NCBI GenBank assembly: GCA_012727425.1
Contig: JAAYHQ010000047.1
Location: 13,155 to 77,154 of the forward strand
DNA length: 64,000 nt
Direction of reading: 5' to 3'
DNA from: Bacillota bacterium
Lineage (GTDB): Bacteria; Bacillota; UBA4882; UBA10575
Part shown: positions 47,831-56,525 of the stretch, piece by piece
Layout: every line of letters begins with the position of its first letter
Position numbering within the stretch: the stretch's first letter is position 1
Notes under the pieces: model-generated
Databases searched by the model: none
Told to the model about the DNA's origin: nothing
What the model saw: the letters and a program-made list of their open reading frames with translations, nothing else
Position numbers and translations under genes: made by a program

Positions 47831-48081
47831 GGCGCAACCTCCACCAGGTGATAGGTGTAATCTTCGATGACCGTGTTGACCAGCAGACGGTTACACAGCT
47901 CCTGCACCTTGGCTTCGGCGGCGGTCCGGTCGGGAGCGTTGAAGGTTACCTCCAGGTACTTTCCGACCCGGACCCGGTCCACCCCGGTGTAGCCCATGGT
48001 GGCCAGGGCCTTTTCGGCCGCTTGCCCTTGGGGATCAAGGATACTCGGTTTCAACAAGACTTTAATTTCGGCACGCCACAT
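47827..48081 (-). CDS. purS: FGAM synthase PurS subunit
   Basis: ORF 47827..48138. Start set at ATG 48081 ([19 protein letters not shown]). About 84 aa, typical of PurS. Confidence 0.85.
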   Translation of the reverse strand: MWRAEIKVLLKPSILDPQGQAAEKALATMGYTGVDRVRVGKYLEVTFNAPDRTAAEAKVQELCNRLLVNTVIEDYTYHLVEVAP

Positions 48082-48222
48082 TTCCTTTTCGCCTCCTATA
48101 CATTGATCAATCTCCTGTGCCGTGATCAGCGGCACCAACGCCGTCCGGATGACATGGAAACGCTCTTTATCTGGGGGTTCTCCTTGGTGCTCGCATCCGG
48201 ACGCCTCCTGGAAACGGCAGGG

Positions 48223-48747
48223 TCAGGGGCGTTCCGCCAGGTACGCCCGCCAACCAATGGTTTCCAGCCGGGTGGCTTTGGCCTCCACTTCCTGGGCCAG
48301 CTTTTGCTTGTATTCCCGGACTTTCTGGCGGAGACCTTCGTCGGCAACGCCTAAAATCTCCACCGCCAAGAGGCCGGCATTTTTCGCCCCATTGATGGCC
48401 ATGGTGGCAACGGGAATGCCCGGCGGCATTTGAACCGTGGAATACAGGGCGTCCGCGCCGCCCAAAGCTTTACCCAAGACCGGGACGCCAATCACTGGGA
48501 GTTCAGTATAAGCCGCGATCACCCCGGCCAAGTGGGCGGCGCCACCGGCACCGGCAATGATCACCCGCAGACCGCGGCCGGCTGCGCTCTTGGCGTAAGC
48601 TTCCGCCCGTGCCGGGGTGCGGTGGGCCGAGACCACGGAGAGTTCAAACGCGACCCCAAACTCTTCCAGCACTTCTGCGGCAGCGCTCATCACGGATAAA
48701 TCGGAGTCGCTGCCCATGACAATACCAACCAAGGGTTTTTCTTTCAT
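48223..48747 (-). CDS. purE: 5-(carboxyamino)imidazole ribonucleotide mutase / AIR carboxylase PurE
   Basis: ORF 48223..48840. Start set at ATG 48747, 7 nt after [35 protein letters not shown]. Confidence 0.9.
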   Translation of the reverse strand: MKEKPLVGIVMGSDSDLSVMSAAAEVLEEFGVAFELSVVSAHRTPARAEAYAKSAAGRGLRVIIAGAGGAAHLAGVIAAYTELPVIGVPVLGKALGGADALYSTVQMPPGIPVATMAINGAKNAGLLAVEILGVADEGLRQKVREYKQKLAQEVEAKATRLETIGWRAYLAERP

Positions 48748-48923
48748 TTTTTGTCCCTCCCTAAATTTCCTGTTTTGGCTTGGTGCTTTAACTGGTGTCG
48801 TTTTTCGCCCCATACTTGGGCAGTTACCGGCAAGGGGCAATAAGTTAATAATTAGAAGCCAGCAAAGATCGGGTGCTGCCGGTCGGCGCGGGTTACGTCC
48901 TTAGTATTGGCTGACCATACTTA

Positions 48924-48975
48924 AAAAGCCCGGCCAAGTAGGTTAGTGGAGTGAAACCTACCCGGCTGGGCTTTT
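48924..48975 (-). terminator. expression-platform terminator of the guanine riboswitch
   Basis: In the minus sense: AAAGCCCAGCCGGGTAGGTT-tcactccact-AACCTACttGGCCGGGCTTTTT. Confidence 0.75.
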
Positions 48976-49053
48976 GTCCCTTCGGTGTAGCACAATGTGC
49001 CTGCGCCACTTGGACCTGCCCGCTTTCGCGGCGGAACCCTAGGCGCACTTTCC

Positions 49054-49120
49054 CCCGTAGTCAGATAATTTACGGTTATCTGGTAGAAACTTTCAGGCCA
49101 TATCCCTGAGATTATACGAG
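49054..49120 (-). promoter_or_regulatory. purine riboswitch aptamer, guanine-type (C at the specificity position)
   Basis: In the minus sense: CTCGTATAATCTCAGGGATATGGCCTGAAAGTTTCTACCAGATAACCGTAAATTATCTGACTACGGG. P1 CTCGTA/TACGGG, P2 TCAGG/CCTGA, P3 CAGATAA/TTATCTG. Conserved UAUAAU, GGAUAUGG, AGUUUCUACC and CCGUAAAU. J3-1 reads ACUAC. Confidence 0.9.
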
Positions 49121-49166
49121 TTCGCTTATTCAGTTGTAAAGAAAAAAACTTAATATTACAATATTT

Positions 49167-49195
49167 AAAATAACAGATTTGACCAATGCTGTCAA
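49167..49195 (-). promoter_or_regulatory. possible sigma-A promoter of the pur leader
   Basis: In the minus sense: TTGACA (49195-90), 17-nt spacer, TATTTT (49172-67). Confidence 0.4.
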
Positions 49196-49311
49196 GACAA
49201 GAACCGCCGGTCTTTTCCTTTGGCGCTGTTAATAACAGTTAAAAAGTTGCGGAGGGGTGCGTCCGGGTCGAGAGTCATGGGTTATGGCCACGGTGAAATT
49301 CCATTATTTCC

Positions 49312-49340
49312 TTGTGCTTACGATCCGGTTGGTGTATAAT
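49312..49340 (+). promoter_or_regulatory. possible sigma-A promoter, divergent from pur
   Basis: TTGTGC (49312-17), 17-nt spacer, TATAAT (49335-40). Confidence 0.45.
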
Positions 49341-49491
49341 TTGTTTTAGGTTATATTTGTTATAGAATTAAGAATAATCTTAAGGATGCCGGCTTCCCTT
49401 GTTTGGACGACTGATCTGATCCATTCCATTAATAAAACGAAGAAGACGAGCGGAAGGAAACAGCCGGTTGGCGCGAAAAGGGAACCTATAA

Positions 49492-49530
49492 CCCGGCTTC
49501 TTCGTTAATTAAGGTAACGAAGAAGCCGGG
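49492..49530 (+). other. perfect 16-bp hairpin in the 5' leader of the membrane-protein gene
   Basis: CCCGGCTTCTTCGTTA-attaagg-TAACGAAGAAGCCGGG. No T-tract on either side. Confidence 0.6.
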
Positions 49531-49560
49531 ATGGATTCCAGTAAGAGAAGGAGGATTAGT

Positions 49561-50334
49561 TTGAAAGTGGCAAATAATGCTCAAAGCAAAGCGCGGAAGC
49601 ACCCCCTCGGTTACCTTGGCGACCTGGTTTTCAGCGCGGATGTTTACCGCAGAGTCGGCGGTTATCTCCTTTGCGGCCTGCTCATTTTTGCCGTGGCGTG
49701 GGCATGCGGCTACTTTTTGCTCAAGGAAGGCGCCCTGAAAAACACCTGGCTGGTGGATAAGATTTTTGGGGTTAAAGGCTCCGAGACGTTCGGCCAGGGG
49801 TGGGTGGACCGCCTGGGCGAAACCTTCAAACTCTTCAAGTGGGAATTCAATACGGCGGACACCTTTGGGACCTGGGAAAATGTCTTGCTGGTTACGGTAA
49901 AAGTCTTTGCGCATCATCTCTTGATCGTGCTTTTATTCATTCTCTTCCTGAACCGTTTTAAAGTTGGCCGGTTTACTTTGGCCCTGTTCTACTTTTTATT
50001 TTACACGGTCCTAACCGGACTGGTGGTGGGGACCAATTCCTACCCCTATCCGGCGCAGGGTTTGGTCCGGTTGGGGGCGCTGGTCACTTTCCTCCGTTTT
50101 GGGGTTTGGGTCTGGTTTTCCTATGCTTTGCTCTTGGCTTCAACAGTGGATTGGACCTGGCTGCAGACCAGTTCTTTTACGGACAGTTCCTGGAAAAGGG
50201 TGGGGAGATTCTGGTCCAAGCCGCTGTTGTCCGGCGATATGAAAGAAGTCTTTATCTTCGGCCTGCTTTTTCTCCTGGTTTCCAGCTTTGCGGAGGCACG
50301 CTTAATCGTCTTTTATGGGCATCATTTATTTTAA
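49561..50334 (+). CDS. polytopic membrane protein, function unknown
   Basis: ORF 49531..50334. The likely start is TTG 49561, 6 nt after AAGGAGG (ATG 49531 has no SD and abuts the hairpin). Several hydrophobic segments. I recognise no family with confidence. Confidence 0.5.
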   Translation: MKVANNAQSKARKHPLGYLGDLVFSADVYRRVGGYLLCGLLIFAVAWACGYFLLKEGALKNTWLVDKIFGVKGSETFGQGWVDRLGETFKLFKWEFNTADTFGTWENVLLVTVKVFAHHLLIVLLFILFLNRFKVGRFTLALFYFLFYTVLTGLVVGTNSYPYPAQGLVRLGALVTFLRFGVWVWFSYALLLASTVDWTWLQTSSFTDSSWKRVGRFWSKPLLSGDMKEVFIFGLLFLLVSSFAEARLIVFYGHHLF

Positions 50335-50352
50335 AATACTTCTGTTGGCCGC

Positions 50353-50378
50353 AGCCCGGAACAGATCCGGGCTCTTTT
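50353..50378 (+). terminator. terminator after the membrane-protein gene
   Basis: AGCCCGG-aacagat-CCGGGCT followed by CTTTTAC. Confidence 0.55.
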
Positions 50379-50445
50379 ACATTAAAGCGAAAAATGGAGA
50401 AGCTAGAAAGAGACCAGAACGGAAAAAAACCAAAAGGGGCCATGT

Positions 50446-51081
50446 TTGATGACGGATCATTACTTCACGGTGAACCCCGGCTCGGCCCGCCAACCGCGGG
50501 AGATTACGGCCATTCTCCGCGGGAAAGAGCTGCGTTTCAAGACCGATGCCGGTGTCTTCTCCCGCGACCGGTTGGATTTGGGGACGAAGGTTTTGGTGGA
50601 GAGTTTGGACCTTGCCGGGGTGCGGGCGCCTTTGGATTTGGGGTGTGGCTACGGTCCAATCGGGCTGGCGGTGGCGGCGGAGCTGCCGGGGGTTCAGGTA
50701 TATATGAGCGATTTGAACCGGCGGGCGGTAGAACTGGCTGCTGAAAACGCGGCCCGCAACGGGATTAAGAACGTGGTGATTAAACAAGGCGACGGTTTTC
50801 AACCGTGGCGTGATCTTTGTGCGTCCGGTTTGCGCTTTGATTTGGTGGCGATCAATCCTCCGCTCCGGGCCGGAAAAGAAACGGTCTTGCGTCTTTTTGC
50901 GGAAGCGCGGGAGTACTTGACCCCGGCAGGGCAGTTGTGGGCGGTGATCCGGACCAGCCAAGGGGCCAAAACCTATCTGCGTGAACTGCAAAGCCTCTTT
51001 CCGGTGGCGGAGACAGCGGCGATCAAGAGCGGGTACCGGGTGCTGCGCGCCGCTTTGGGCTCATCATCAGGTTGGAAATAG
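50446..51081 (+). CDS. class I SAM-dependent methyltransferase, RsmC/YbxB-like (MTS domain)
   Basis: 211 aa. FKTDAGVFSRDRLDLGTKVL..LDLGCGYGPIG..FDLVAINPPLRAG. Confidence 0.75.
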   Translation: MMTDHYFTVNPGSARQPREITAILRGKELRFKTDAGVFSRDRLDLGTKVLVESLDLAGVRAPLDLGCGYGPIGLAVAAELPGVQVYMSDLNRRAVELAAENAARNGIKNVVIKQGDGFQPWRDLCASGLRFDLVAINPPLRAGKETVLRLFAEAREYLTPAGQLWAVIRTSQGAKTYLRELQSLFPVAETAAIKSGYRVLRAALGSSSGWK

Positions 51082-51151
51082 AAGGGGATAAAGAACAAGC
51101 GCCGAGCGTCAGGATAATTTTCGGACCGAAGGCCGGAGGAAAAATGCGCTC

Positions 51152-51180
51152 TTGACGGGAATAGCGGAATGGCGTATACT
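51152..51180 (+). promoter_or_regulatory. sigma-A promoter of tRNA-Pro
   Basis: TTGACG (51152-57), 17-nt spacer, TATACT (51175-80). Confidence 0.6.
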
Positions 51181-51194
51181 AATATATGCTGTAG

Positions 51195-51271
51195 CGGGGT
51201 GTGGCGCAGTTTGGCAGCGCGTCTGCTTTGGGAGCAGAAGGCCCAGGGTTCAAATCCCTGCACCCCGACCA
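51195..51271 (+). tRNA. tRNA-Pro (anticodon UGG), CCA encoded
   Basis: 77-nt cloverleaf: acceptor CGGGGTG/CACCCCG, anticodon stem TCTGC/GCAGA, loop TTTGGGA, T-loop TTCAAAT. Confidence 0.9.
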
Positions 51272-51290
51272 GTACCGAAAGGAAACCCTC

Positions 51291-51320
51291 TTGACAGGGG
51301 CGGAAACGATCAATTATAAT
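51291..51320 (+). promoter_or_regulatory. sigma-A promoter of tRNA-Gly
   Basis: TTGACA (51291-96), 18-nt spacer, TATAAT (51315-20). Confidence 0.55.
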
Positions 51321-51346
51321 TAATTAGCTAATAAGTAATCACAGTT

Positions 51347-51422
51347 GCGGGAATAGCTCAGGTGGTAGAGCGTCAGCCTTCCAAGCTGAATGCCGCGGGT
51401 TCGAGTCCCGTTTCCCGCTCCA
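51347..51422 (+). tRNA. tRNA-Gly (anticodon UCC), CCA encoded
   Basis: 76-nt cloverleaf: acceptor GCGGGAA/TTCCCGC, anticodon stem TCAGC/GCTGA, loop CTTCCAA, T-loop TTCGAGT. Confidence 0.9.
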
Positions 51423-51433
51423 GACAAGATTAG

Positions 51434-51465
51434 AAGACTTTACCCGGCGGGTAAAGTCTTTTTTA
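51434..51465 (+). terminator. intrinsic terminator after tRNA-Gly
   Basis: AAGACTTTACCC-ggc-GGGTAAAGTCTT (12 bp) followed by TTTTTATT. Confidence 0.8.
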
Positions 51466-51518
51466 TTGTTAACCGGCAATTATTTACTCCACCGCCGGAT
51501 GCTTCTTGTTACTATAAA

Positions 51519-51548
51519 TTGACAAGTGCGATCAGAAAAGCTTATAAT
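51519..51548 (+). promoter_or_regulatory. sigma-A promoter of the small-ORF/secDF unit
   Basis: TTGACA (51519-24), 18-nt spacer, TATAAT (51543-48). Confidence 0.6.
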
Positions 51549-51585
51549 GTACTAAGGTTGTCCAAAAGAGGGAGGAGGAGCTTCA

Positions 51586-51720
51586 ATGGGGGAATCGTTG
51601 GTTGTGACGCTCTTGGTTGTGCTTTTTTTTGGCTTTTTTGCCCTGCTCAGCAACGGGGCGGAACACGAATTGGACCGTTATTATGAAGAGAAAAGAAAAG
51701 CCGGGACCAGGTCCCGTTAA
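51586..51720 (+). CDS. 44-aa single-TM small protein upstream of secD
   Basis: ATG 51586 lies 5 nt after GGAGGAGGAG. TAA at 51718-20. MGESLVVTLLVVLFFGFFALLSNGAEHELDRYYEEKRKAGTRSR. Below the ORF-track cutoff. Confidence 0.45.
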   Translation: MGESLVVTLLVVLFFGFFALLSNGAEHELDRYYEEKRKAGTRSR

Positions 51721-51784
51721 TGTTAACGTCAGGTGGCGTTAGTTTTAACCAATATACTTTTTGGAAGGAAAAGGAGGAGTTCTA

Positions 51785-53329
51785 GTGCAACGGGACTTAC
51801 GGCGGAAGACATGGTTCATCCTGATCCTGGTGGTCGTGGTTGGGGTCTATGCCATTCTTCCTATTTTCAACCCGACTTTAAAGCAGTGGTTTTTCCGGGG
51901 CAGTGACCCGATCCGTCGTGGTTTAGACCTGAAGGGTGGTATCGAAATTATCCTGGCCCCCGATTACCGGGTGGAGAAACGGGTGTTGTCCGACCTTGAA
52001 ACTTATGTCCAGAAAGCCGTTGCCGGCTTGGGCATTGCGCAACCGGCTGTCAGTTTATTAGGGAAAGCCAATGATAATAACCGTTACGAAGGACTGGCGG
52101 TCCAGTTTGCTTCCGCAGCAGAAGCCCGGGAGGTCTTGGCTGCCGGCGTGATTAAGTCGAACCTGACCTGGCGGTCGGGGATTGAGGAGAAAAAATTGAA
52201 GCTGGAGATTGGTGTTGACCAGGGGGACCCGTCCGTGCTAAAGGTGGCGGTCCAGGAAGATCCGGACAACTTCCCGGCGGATGCTTTAGCCCAGGCGAAA
52301 GCGATTATCGAAAACCGGATCAACTCTTCCGGGCTTGCCGAAACCGTGGTCCGTCTTGACCAGACCAAAGGGCGGATTGAAGTACAGCTCCCGGGGGTCC
52401 GGTCCCAAGCGGAGGCGGAACGTCTGCTGAAATCGACGGGCCGTTTAAACTTCCGCCTCGACGGTAAGATCGTGATGTACGGGGACGACCTGGAGGAGGC
52501 GAAGGCCGACTTTGATCCGCAAACTGGTGCGCCCGTGATTAACCTGCGATTCGGCCGGGCGGGCGCCAAACTTTTTGAACAAATTACCACCGAGCACGTC
52601 GGCGAAATCCTCGCCATCTATTTGGATGAGGAGATGTTGATGGCCCCGAAGATTGCCGAGCCGATCCCCAATGGTGAACCCCAGATCAGGATGGGATCGG
52701 GGGCGACGATCCAGGACGCCAAAGATTATGCCGTCTTGATGCAAGCCGGCGCACTGCCCATCTCCCTGCGTTCCGTGATGGTTACCCAAGTGGCGCCGAC
52801 CCTGGGGACCGAAACGGTTAAACTGAGTTTGTTTGCCGGAATCATCGGGATAATTTTGGTTTTCCTCTTTATGATTTTGGCCTACGGACGCATGGGCGTT
52901 GTGGCCGACCTGGCGTTGGTCATCTATACCGTTTTGGTGCTGGGGGCCATCGCCGTTTTCCGCGGGGTGCTTACCCTGCCGGGGATTGCCGGTTTAATCC
53001 TGGGGATTGGTATGGCGGTGGATGCCAACGTGATTATCTTTGAGCGGATCAAGGATGAAGTCCGGATGGGCAGAGGGATCCACTCCGCTTTAGAGGCGGG
53101 TTTTGACCGTGCTTACGTCACCATTTTGGATGCGAACATCACAACCCTGATCGCGGCCGTGGTTTTATACTGCTTTGGGAGCGGTCCGGTGAAAGGGTTT
53201 GCGGTGACCCTCTCCGTCAGTATCCTGGCCAGTATGTTTACGGCGCTGTTTGTCAGCAAAACCTTCCTGACGATTTGGGTTAATAAAGCGCCGAACCGGT
53301 TTCTGGCGAAGTACATGGTTCGGGGGTGA
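51785..53329 (+). CDS. secD: protein translocase subunit SecD
   Basis: ORF 51761..53329. GTG 51785 lies 6 nt after AAGGAGGAG. LGLDLKGG-like RRGLDLKGGIEI, a periplasmic domain, and a C-terminal 6-TM region with GIAGLILGIGMAVDANVIIFERI. Confidence 0.9.
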   Translation: MQRDLRRKTWFILILVVVVGVYAILPIFNPTLKQWFFRGSDPIRRGLDLKGGIEIILAPDYRVEKRVLSDLETYVQKAVAGLGIAQPAVSLLGKANDNNRYEGLAVQFASAAEAREVLAAGVIKSNLTWRSGIEEKKLKLEIGVDQGDPSVLKVAVQEDPDNFPADALAQAKAIIENRINSSGLAETVVRLDQTKGRIEVQLPGVRSQAEAERLLKSTGRLNFRLDGKIVMYGDDLEEAKADFDPQTGAPVINLRFGRAGAKLFEQITTEHVGEILAIYLDEEMLMAPKIAEPIPNGEPQIRMGSGATIQDAKDYAVLMQAGALPISLRSVMVTQVAPTLGTETVKLSLFAGIIGIILVFLFMILAYGRMGVVADLALVIYTVLVLGAIAVFRGVLTLPGIAGLILGIGMAVDANVIIFERIKDEVRMGRGIHSALEAGFDRAYVTILDANITTLIAAVVLYCFGSGPVKGFAVTLSVSILASMFTALFVSKTFLTIWVNKAPNRFLAKYMVRG

Positions 53330-54273
53330 AACGGATGAATTTGATGAAATATAAGCGATTCTTTATGTTGGTTGCGGTGGCGGCCATGCTTGTAAGTATT
53401 GCGGCTTGGGCGGTGAAAGGGCTCAACTTTGGGATTGAATTTACCGGGGGAACCAGTATCCGTTACCCCCTCGACCAAAAAGTCACCTCCACGGAGGTCT
53501 GGACCGCGCTGAACACCCCGGAGATCCAGGCTTTAGATTTGGAGCTCAGCCCACCACAACCCTATAGTTATTTTGATGCGGAGAGCGGAACGCAAAAACA
53601 CGGTGTTTTAATTCAAACCCGTTTTATTAACCAGGAAGAAGAGGAGCAGATCCTCAAGGCGCTCGGTGCGGCCTTTGGTCCTTTGGCCGCCGATTCCGCG
53701 TTACAGATCAACCAGGTGGAACCGATTATCGGTAAAGAAATGTTGCTCAACGCCATGTACGCGGTGATTATTGCCTGGGTGTTAATGCTCATCTATATCG
53801 CCATCCGCTTTGAGTTTAGGTCGGGGGTCGTTAGTTTAGTGGCGTTGATCCATGATGTGCTGATCATTATCGGCGTCTTTGCCCTCCTGGGGAAAGAGGT
53901 GAATATGAACTTTATCGCGGCGGCGCTGACGATCATTGGCTATTCCATCAACAACACAATTGTCATCTTCGACCGGGTCCGGGAGAACCTGCGCTTGAAA
54001 AAACGGACGGACACCTATGACGAGGTTGTTAACCTGTCGCTCTTGCAAAGCCTGCGGCGGTGTCTGAATACGGCGGTCACGACGGTGTTAGCGGTTTTAG
54101 TCCTTTATTTGGTCGGCAGTCCGGCCATTCGCGATTTCATGTTTGCCCTCATTATCGGCTTAACGGTGGGAACCTATTCCAGCGCCTTTTTGGCCACTCC
54201 GCTCTGGGCGATCTGGAAAACCGCCGGGGAGAAAGGGTCCACCGGCCGCTTGGCAGTGGCTAAAGGGGAATAA
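53326..54273 (+). CDS. secF: protein translocase subunit SecF
   Basis: 315 aa. GLNFGIEFTGGT..IHDVLIIIGVFALLG..TIIGYSINNTIVIFDRVRE. 4-nt overlap with secD. Confidence 0.9.
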   Translation: MKRMNLMKYKRFFMLVAVAAMLVSIAAWAVKGLNFGIEFTGGTSIRYPLDQKVTSTEVWTALNTPEIQALDLELSPPQPYSYFDAESGTQKHGVLIQTRFINQEEEEQILKALGAAFGPLAADSALQINQVEPIIGKEMLLNAMYAVIIAWVLMLIYIAIRFEFRSGVVSLVALIHDVLIIIGVFALLGKEVNMNFIAAALTIIGYSINNTIVIFDRVRENLRLKKRTDTYDEVVNLSLLQSLRRCLNTAVTTVLAVLVLYLVGSPAIRDFMFALIIGLTVGTYSSAFLATPLWAIWKTAGEKGSTGRLAVAKGE

Positions 54274-54459
54274 GTTTGCAGTATTGGCGAAACCCTTCCT
54301 TCAATTGCGGGAGGGGTTTCTTTCTAATGGGGCTTTTCCTGTTCGCCTATTCTTCCGGTTTTCCGTTTTGGTGACGGACCCGGCGGCGGGAGGAGATGTC
54401 CGTTCCGTGCCGAAGTCATATCCTTAAATACTTTGACTGTCAAACATGGAGGTGGCCGC

Positions 54460-54840
54460 ATGCAATTTTTAGCCATTCTGATGCTGGTCTTTGCCGTCCT
54501 GGTGGCGACTTTTGCGGTCCAAAACGCTTATCCGGTGACGATCTATTTTTTGAAATGGCAATTTGAAGCCTCTTTTGCCTTGGTGATCCTGATTAGTCTC
54601 TTAATCGGTGCGGTGGCTGTGGGCAGTCTGGGTCTGGTCCACCAGGCGACCAACCGGATTAAAGCGCGGAATCAGGTCCGCGGTAAGGAAGAAAAAAGCG
54701 TGGCAACCGGAGAGGTGCGCACGGAAAAAACCGGTGACCCCGCGAAAATAAGCCCGGAAGCAAGTCCGGAAGCAAGTCTGGAGGCCAAGGAGGACGTGGC
54801 TGGAGGTGTGGACGATTCGCCCCAAGAAGTGGAAGGTTAG
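54460..54840 (+). CDS. LapA/DUF1049-family small membrane protein (YrvD-like by position)
   Basis: ORF 54433..54840. ATG 54460 follows GGAGGTGG. FAVQNAYPVTIYFLKWQFEASFALVILISLLIGA pattern. The position between secF and recJ matches B. subtilis yrvD. Confidence 0.55.
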   Translation: MQFLAILMLVFAVLVATFAVQNAYPVTIYFLKWQFEASFALVILISLLIGAVAVGSLGLVHQATNRIKARNQVRGKEEKSVATGEVRTEKTGDPAKISPEASPEASLEAKEDVAGGVDDSPQEVEG

Positions 54841-56512
54841 TACGGTCGACGTTCAAATTCCACCCGAGGTGATCGCCGAGTTCGGACTCTCTCCTCTGCT
54901 CGCGAAGCTTCTGGCCCGACGGAAGCTGACCACCCGCGACGAAGTGGCCTTCTTTTTACAGGGCGGGCGGGCGGACCTGCCATCGCCCTTTCTGTTGAAC
55001 GGGATGGAAGCGGCGGTGGACCTTCTTGCGGCGGCTCTGGAGCGACAGGAACGCATCCTGATTTACGGTGATTACGATGTGGACGGGATTACAGCGGTGG
55101 CCCTCCTCTTACGGACCCTGCGCCCGCTGAACAACGGGAACATCCTTTATTACCTCCCGAAGAGGCTGGAAGAGGGCTATGGATTGCACCGCCAGGCCTT
55201 GGCGAAAGCGGTGAAATACGGTTGTCGCCTGGTGGTTACGGTGGACTGCGGAATTTCCGCAGTGGACGAAGCGGCTTATTTGGCCGCCGAAGGGGTCCGC
55301 CTCCTGGTGACCGACCACCATGAGCCCGGCCCCCAGTTGCCCTCGGCGGCGGCTCTGGTCAATCCGAAGTTATCTCCCGGCTATCCCTACCCGGAGCTGG
55401 CCGGGGTGGGGGTTGCTTTTAAGTTGCTTCAGGGTTTGGCGGCCAAAAAACCGGAGTTGGAACCGGTTTTATGGGAAAATATAGATTTGGTGGCGTTGGG
55501 CACCATTGCCGATGTGGTGCCGCTTTTGGGTGAAAACCGGATCCTGGTGAAAGAAGGACTGGCGCAGATCGCCAGGACGCAGAATATTGGCCTGAAAGCT
55601 TTGATCGAGCAGGCCGGTTTGGCCGGCAAGCCGGTCAACGCCGACCATGTCGGTTATATTCTCGCCCCCCGGCTCAATGCCGTCGGGCGCCTGGGCGATC
55701 CGGCGCAGGCGCTCCGCCTTTTGCTGGACGGCGATCCGCGGCGGGTGCGGAAGCTGGCGGCCGCCTTGGAAAACTTGAACCGGAAACGTCAGCGGATTGA
55801 GGAACGGGTTGGCCAGGAGGCGGAGCAAGCCTTGGCGGCGGAGGGTCCCCTCGGGAAGGCGATTGTGCTGGCCGGACCGTGGCACCCCGGCGTCATCGGG
55901 ATCGTCGCCTCCAAACTGGCCGACAAGTACCACCGGCCAACCGTCCTTTTCAGTCTCGACGGGGACCGGGCCAGGGGCTCGGGCCGTAGTATTTCCGGGT
56001 TTCACCTTTACAATGCGCTGGCCGAGTGCCGTGGGTATCTGCGGCGTTTCGGTGGGCATGAGTTTGCGGCCGGCCTCGAACTGGAGAAGAAGGATTTGGC
56101 CGGTTTCAAAGCGGCGTTTTTGGCGGTGGCGGAGAACCGTCTCACGCCCGAACTGCTCACTCCCGCTTTGGAAGTGGAGGAAGTTATTCCGGTGGAGGCG
56201 GTGACCAAAAGTCTCCTCGCGGATCTGGCCCGGCTCGCGCCTTTCGGGGAGGGCAATCCCGAACCGGTCTTCGCTTGCCGGGGCGTGAACCTGTTGGCCT
56301 GTTGGGGTGTGGGTAAGGATGCCAAACATTTGAAACTGAAAGTGGGGAACGGGGCGGTAACGTGTGAAGCGATCGGTTTCAACTTTGGCGCGTTAACGGA
56401 GCAACTAGCCGGGGCGGAATGTTTGGATCTGGCTTTTAACCTCGCCGAAAACGATTGGAACAACCAGTTACAGCTGGTTTTAAAAGACCTGAAACTACCG
56501 GAAGTCAGTTGA
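54806..56512 (+). CDS. recJ: single-stranded-DNA-specific exonuclease RecJ
   Basis: 568 aa. DHH motifs YGDYDVDGITA, VTVDCG, TDHHEP, and a DHHA1 GGHEFAAG. The start codon is uncertain (GTG 54806 overlaps the upstream gene). Confidence 0.9.
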   Translation: MWTIRPKKWKVSTVDVQIPPEVIAEFGLSPLLAKLLARRKLTTRDEVAFFLQGGRADLPSPFLLNGMEAAVDLLAAALERQERILIYGDYDVDGITAVALLLRTLRPLNNGNILYYLPKRLEEGYGLHRQALAKAVKYGCRLVVTVDCGISAVDEAAYLAAEGVRLLVTDHHEPGPQLPSAAALVNPKLSPGYPYPELAGVGVAFKLLQGLAAKKPELEPVLWENIDLVALGTIADVVPLLGENRILVKEGLAQIARTQNIGLKALIEQAGLAGKPVNADHVGYILAPRLNAVGRLGDPAQALRLLLDGDPRRVRKLAAALENLNRKRQRIEERVGQEAEQALAAEGPLGKAIVLAGPWHPGVIGIVASKLADKYHRPTVLFSLDGDRARGSGRSISGFHLYNALAECRGYLRRFGGHEFAAGLELEKKDLAGFKAAFLAVAENRLTPELLTPALEVEEVIPVEAVTKSLLADLARLAPFGEGNPEPVFACRGVNLLACWGVGKDAKHLKLKVGNGAVTCEAIGFNFGALTEQLAGAECLDLAFNLAENDWNNQLQLVLKDLKLPEVS

Positions 56513-56525
56513 AAGGTGAAACCGC

